Shown: piece after piece, positions 62,706 to 64,000 of the stretch
Position numbering within the stretch: position 1 is the first letter of the stretch
Layout: each line of letters starts with the position of its first letter
From: Octopus bimaculoides
Taxonomy: Eukaryota
DNA: 64,000 nucleotides
Direction: 5' to 3'
Assembly (NCBI RefSeq): GCF_001194135.2
Contig: NC_068981.1
Location: forward strand, 93,475,406-93,539,405
The notes under the pieces: model-generated
The model's database searches: none
Seen by the model: the letters and a program-made list of their open reading frames with translations, nothing else
What the model was told of the DNA's origin: nothing
Made by a program: the position numbers and the translations under genes

Positions 62706-64000
62706 ATTCAATATTTTGCTGCAGCAGCCCATGTATACGTATAAAAAGTAATGCCAATCTTATACAAAAATGTATGCAGCTATATAGACTTCATTAAATA
62801 AAAAATTGCAAACTACATAATGCAATATATTTAAATGTGTTACTTATTTCCACAAAAAATTCACAAAGTAATTAAATGCGTATACATGCATGCATAGCAC
62901 TGACTCCAAATACTTGCGCATATACAACATACATGTACCACTGCCCTGTTGATGATGTCGAAATTCCAGTGAAGTAACTTGGATCCAGGTTAGAAAACGG
63001 CTCTTACTTCACTGTTGAGTAATGTAGAAATAAAAATGAAAACAAGATATACGGTTGTAATTAAACCAAATATAAACTAGACACATAACAACTAACAGGA
63101 CCATAGAATATATGCTCGTGAGAAACCGCTACTTGATTTGATCAGGTCTCTCAATGATTTTTCATCGCTTTTCACTCCTGTGTACCCCGCTACTCATAAC
63201 GCCTAGTTTCTAAAATGCTCATCAGGAAACCGGGTCTCTGTATGTATGAGGTTGATTTCCCATCTATGCCTATTACGTGATTTATTCCAGCAGTTTTCCC
63301 AATGCATCATCCACGTGTCACATGCATTCTTTTGCAAAACAAACATTATCTTTTCCCAGATGGCGTGTAAAATATCCATCACATGAGTGTTCGGTATACG
63401 AAACACAATACGCTTCTAACATTTTTTACGTGTAAAGGAGTTTTACTGCGTACATTCTACTCGCTTTCCTTTGGGATACAATCGTCGTTTTGGGTTCTTT
63501 CCCATTTTTCTAGTCTATCCACTGCCCTCGTCAATTTCCTCTCCTGTTCGTTCTCCATATCTTCTGCATTATTGCAAGACAAAGAGGTCGCACGAATAAT
63601 CGTGACCGGAGCAGACGACCCATGGATACTGTTTTCTCACATTGATGACGCAGTGATTTCTTTTACGATCCTAGTAATTGCAACTAGTGATGCTACTATT
63701 GGGGCTCTAAAATCAACAGTGTCAGTAATTTTCTGTTGTTGTTTCTTAGTTTGCAGACACTTATTGCTGTTTCCTTCTCTTTTTCTCTGCGTTTCTACAT
63801 CTTTTGGGCAGAAATCTCACACGATTAACTTTCTTTCGCTAGTGAACAACTGGGATGTGAAATCTAAAACACCAGTTTAGATACCATTACGTCTTTATTA
63901 TATTTACGAAGAAACTACAAGGCTCCGGAACAGCTTTGTATTTTGACAATACTTTTATGATTTCTTTTCCATACAAACACCTCTCGATAATATAATGTTT

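Noticed and set aside
63200-63235. Minus-strand CTGATGAGCATTTTAGAAAC
   Set aside because: Stems II and III cannot form
63383-63880. 165-aa plus ORF, or a possible minus-strand LINE N-terminus
   Set aside because: No recognisable motif on +; the minus frames have stops and only vague similarity, so it is unresolved

Overview
AT-rich eukaryotic repeat DNA. It is riddled with microsatellites and has many N gaps, most of them next to microsatellites. I found no intact host protein-coding gene, rRNA, bona fide tRNA or CRISPR array. The SINE, MITE and LINE families look like those of an octopod cephalopod (inference from recalled repeat families, not a search). Almost all recognisable content is decayed mobile DNA: two Tx1/L1-clade fragments whose 5' ends abut (GATA)n, a Penelope GIY-YIG remnant, several R4/Dong-type RLE LINE remnants, a full-length but dead 1.26-kb Tc1-like element with DD36E spacing (Incomer-type), mariner derivatives, MITEs and at least four tRNA-derived SINE families. 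The most interesting signal is non-coding. A partial tandem array at about 7750-8420 carries a type I hammerhead ribozyme fold in each repeat (CUGACGA / GAAA / GUC, palindromic stem III, Schistosoma-like UAAAUA loop 2). The two predicted cleavage sites are 357 nt apart, the architecture of a non-LTR retrozyme (circular-RNA-producing element). A hammerhead from a different family lies at 7316-7368. Both families have an unusual unpaired 10.1/11.1 position. Five more hammerhead-like motifs, mostly degenerate, occur elsewhere in the window. A short ORF with a 2A-like GGVELNPGP motif lies at 48186-48473. All folds were worked out by eye; no activity has been shown.
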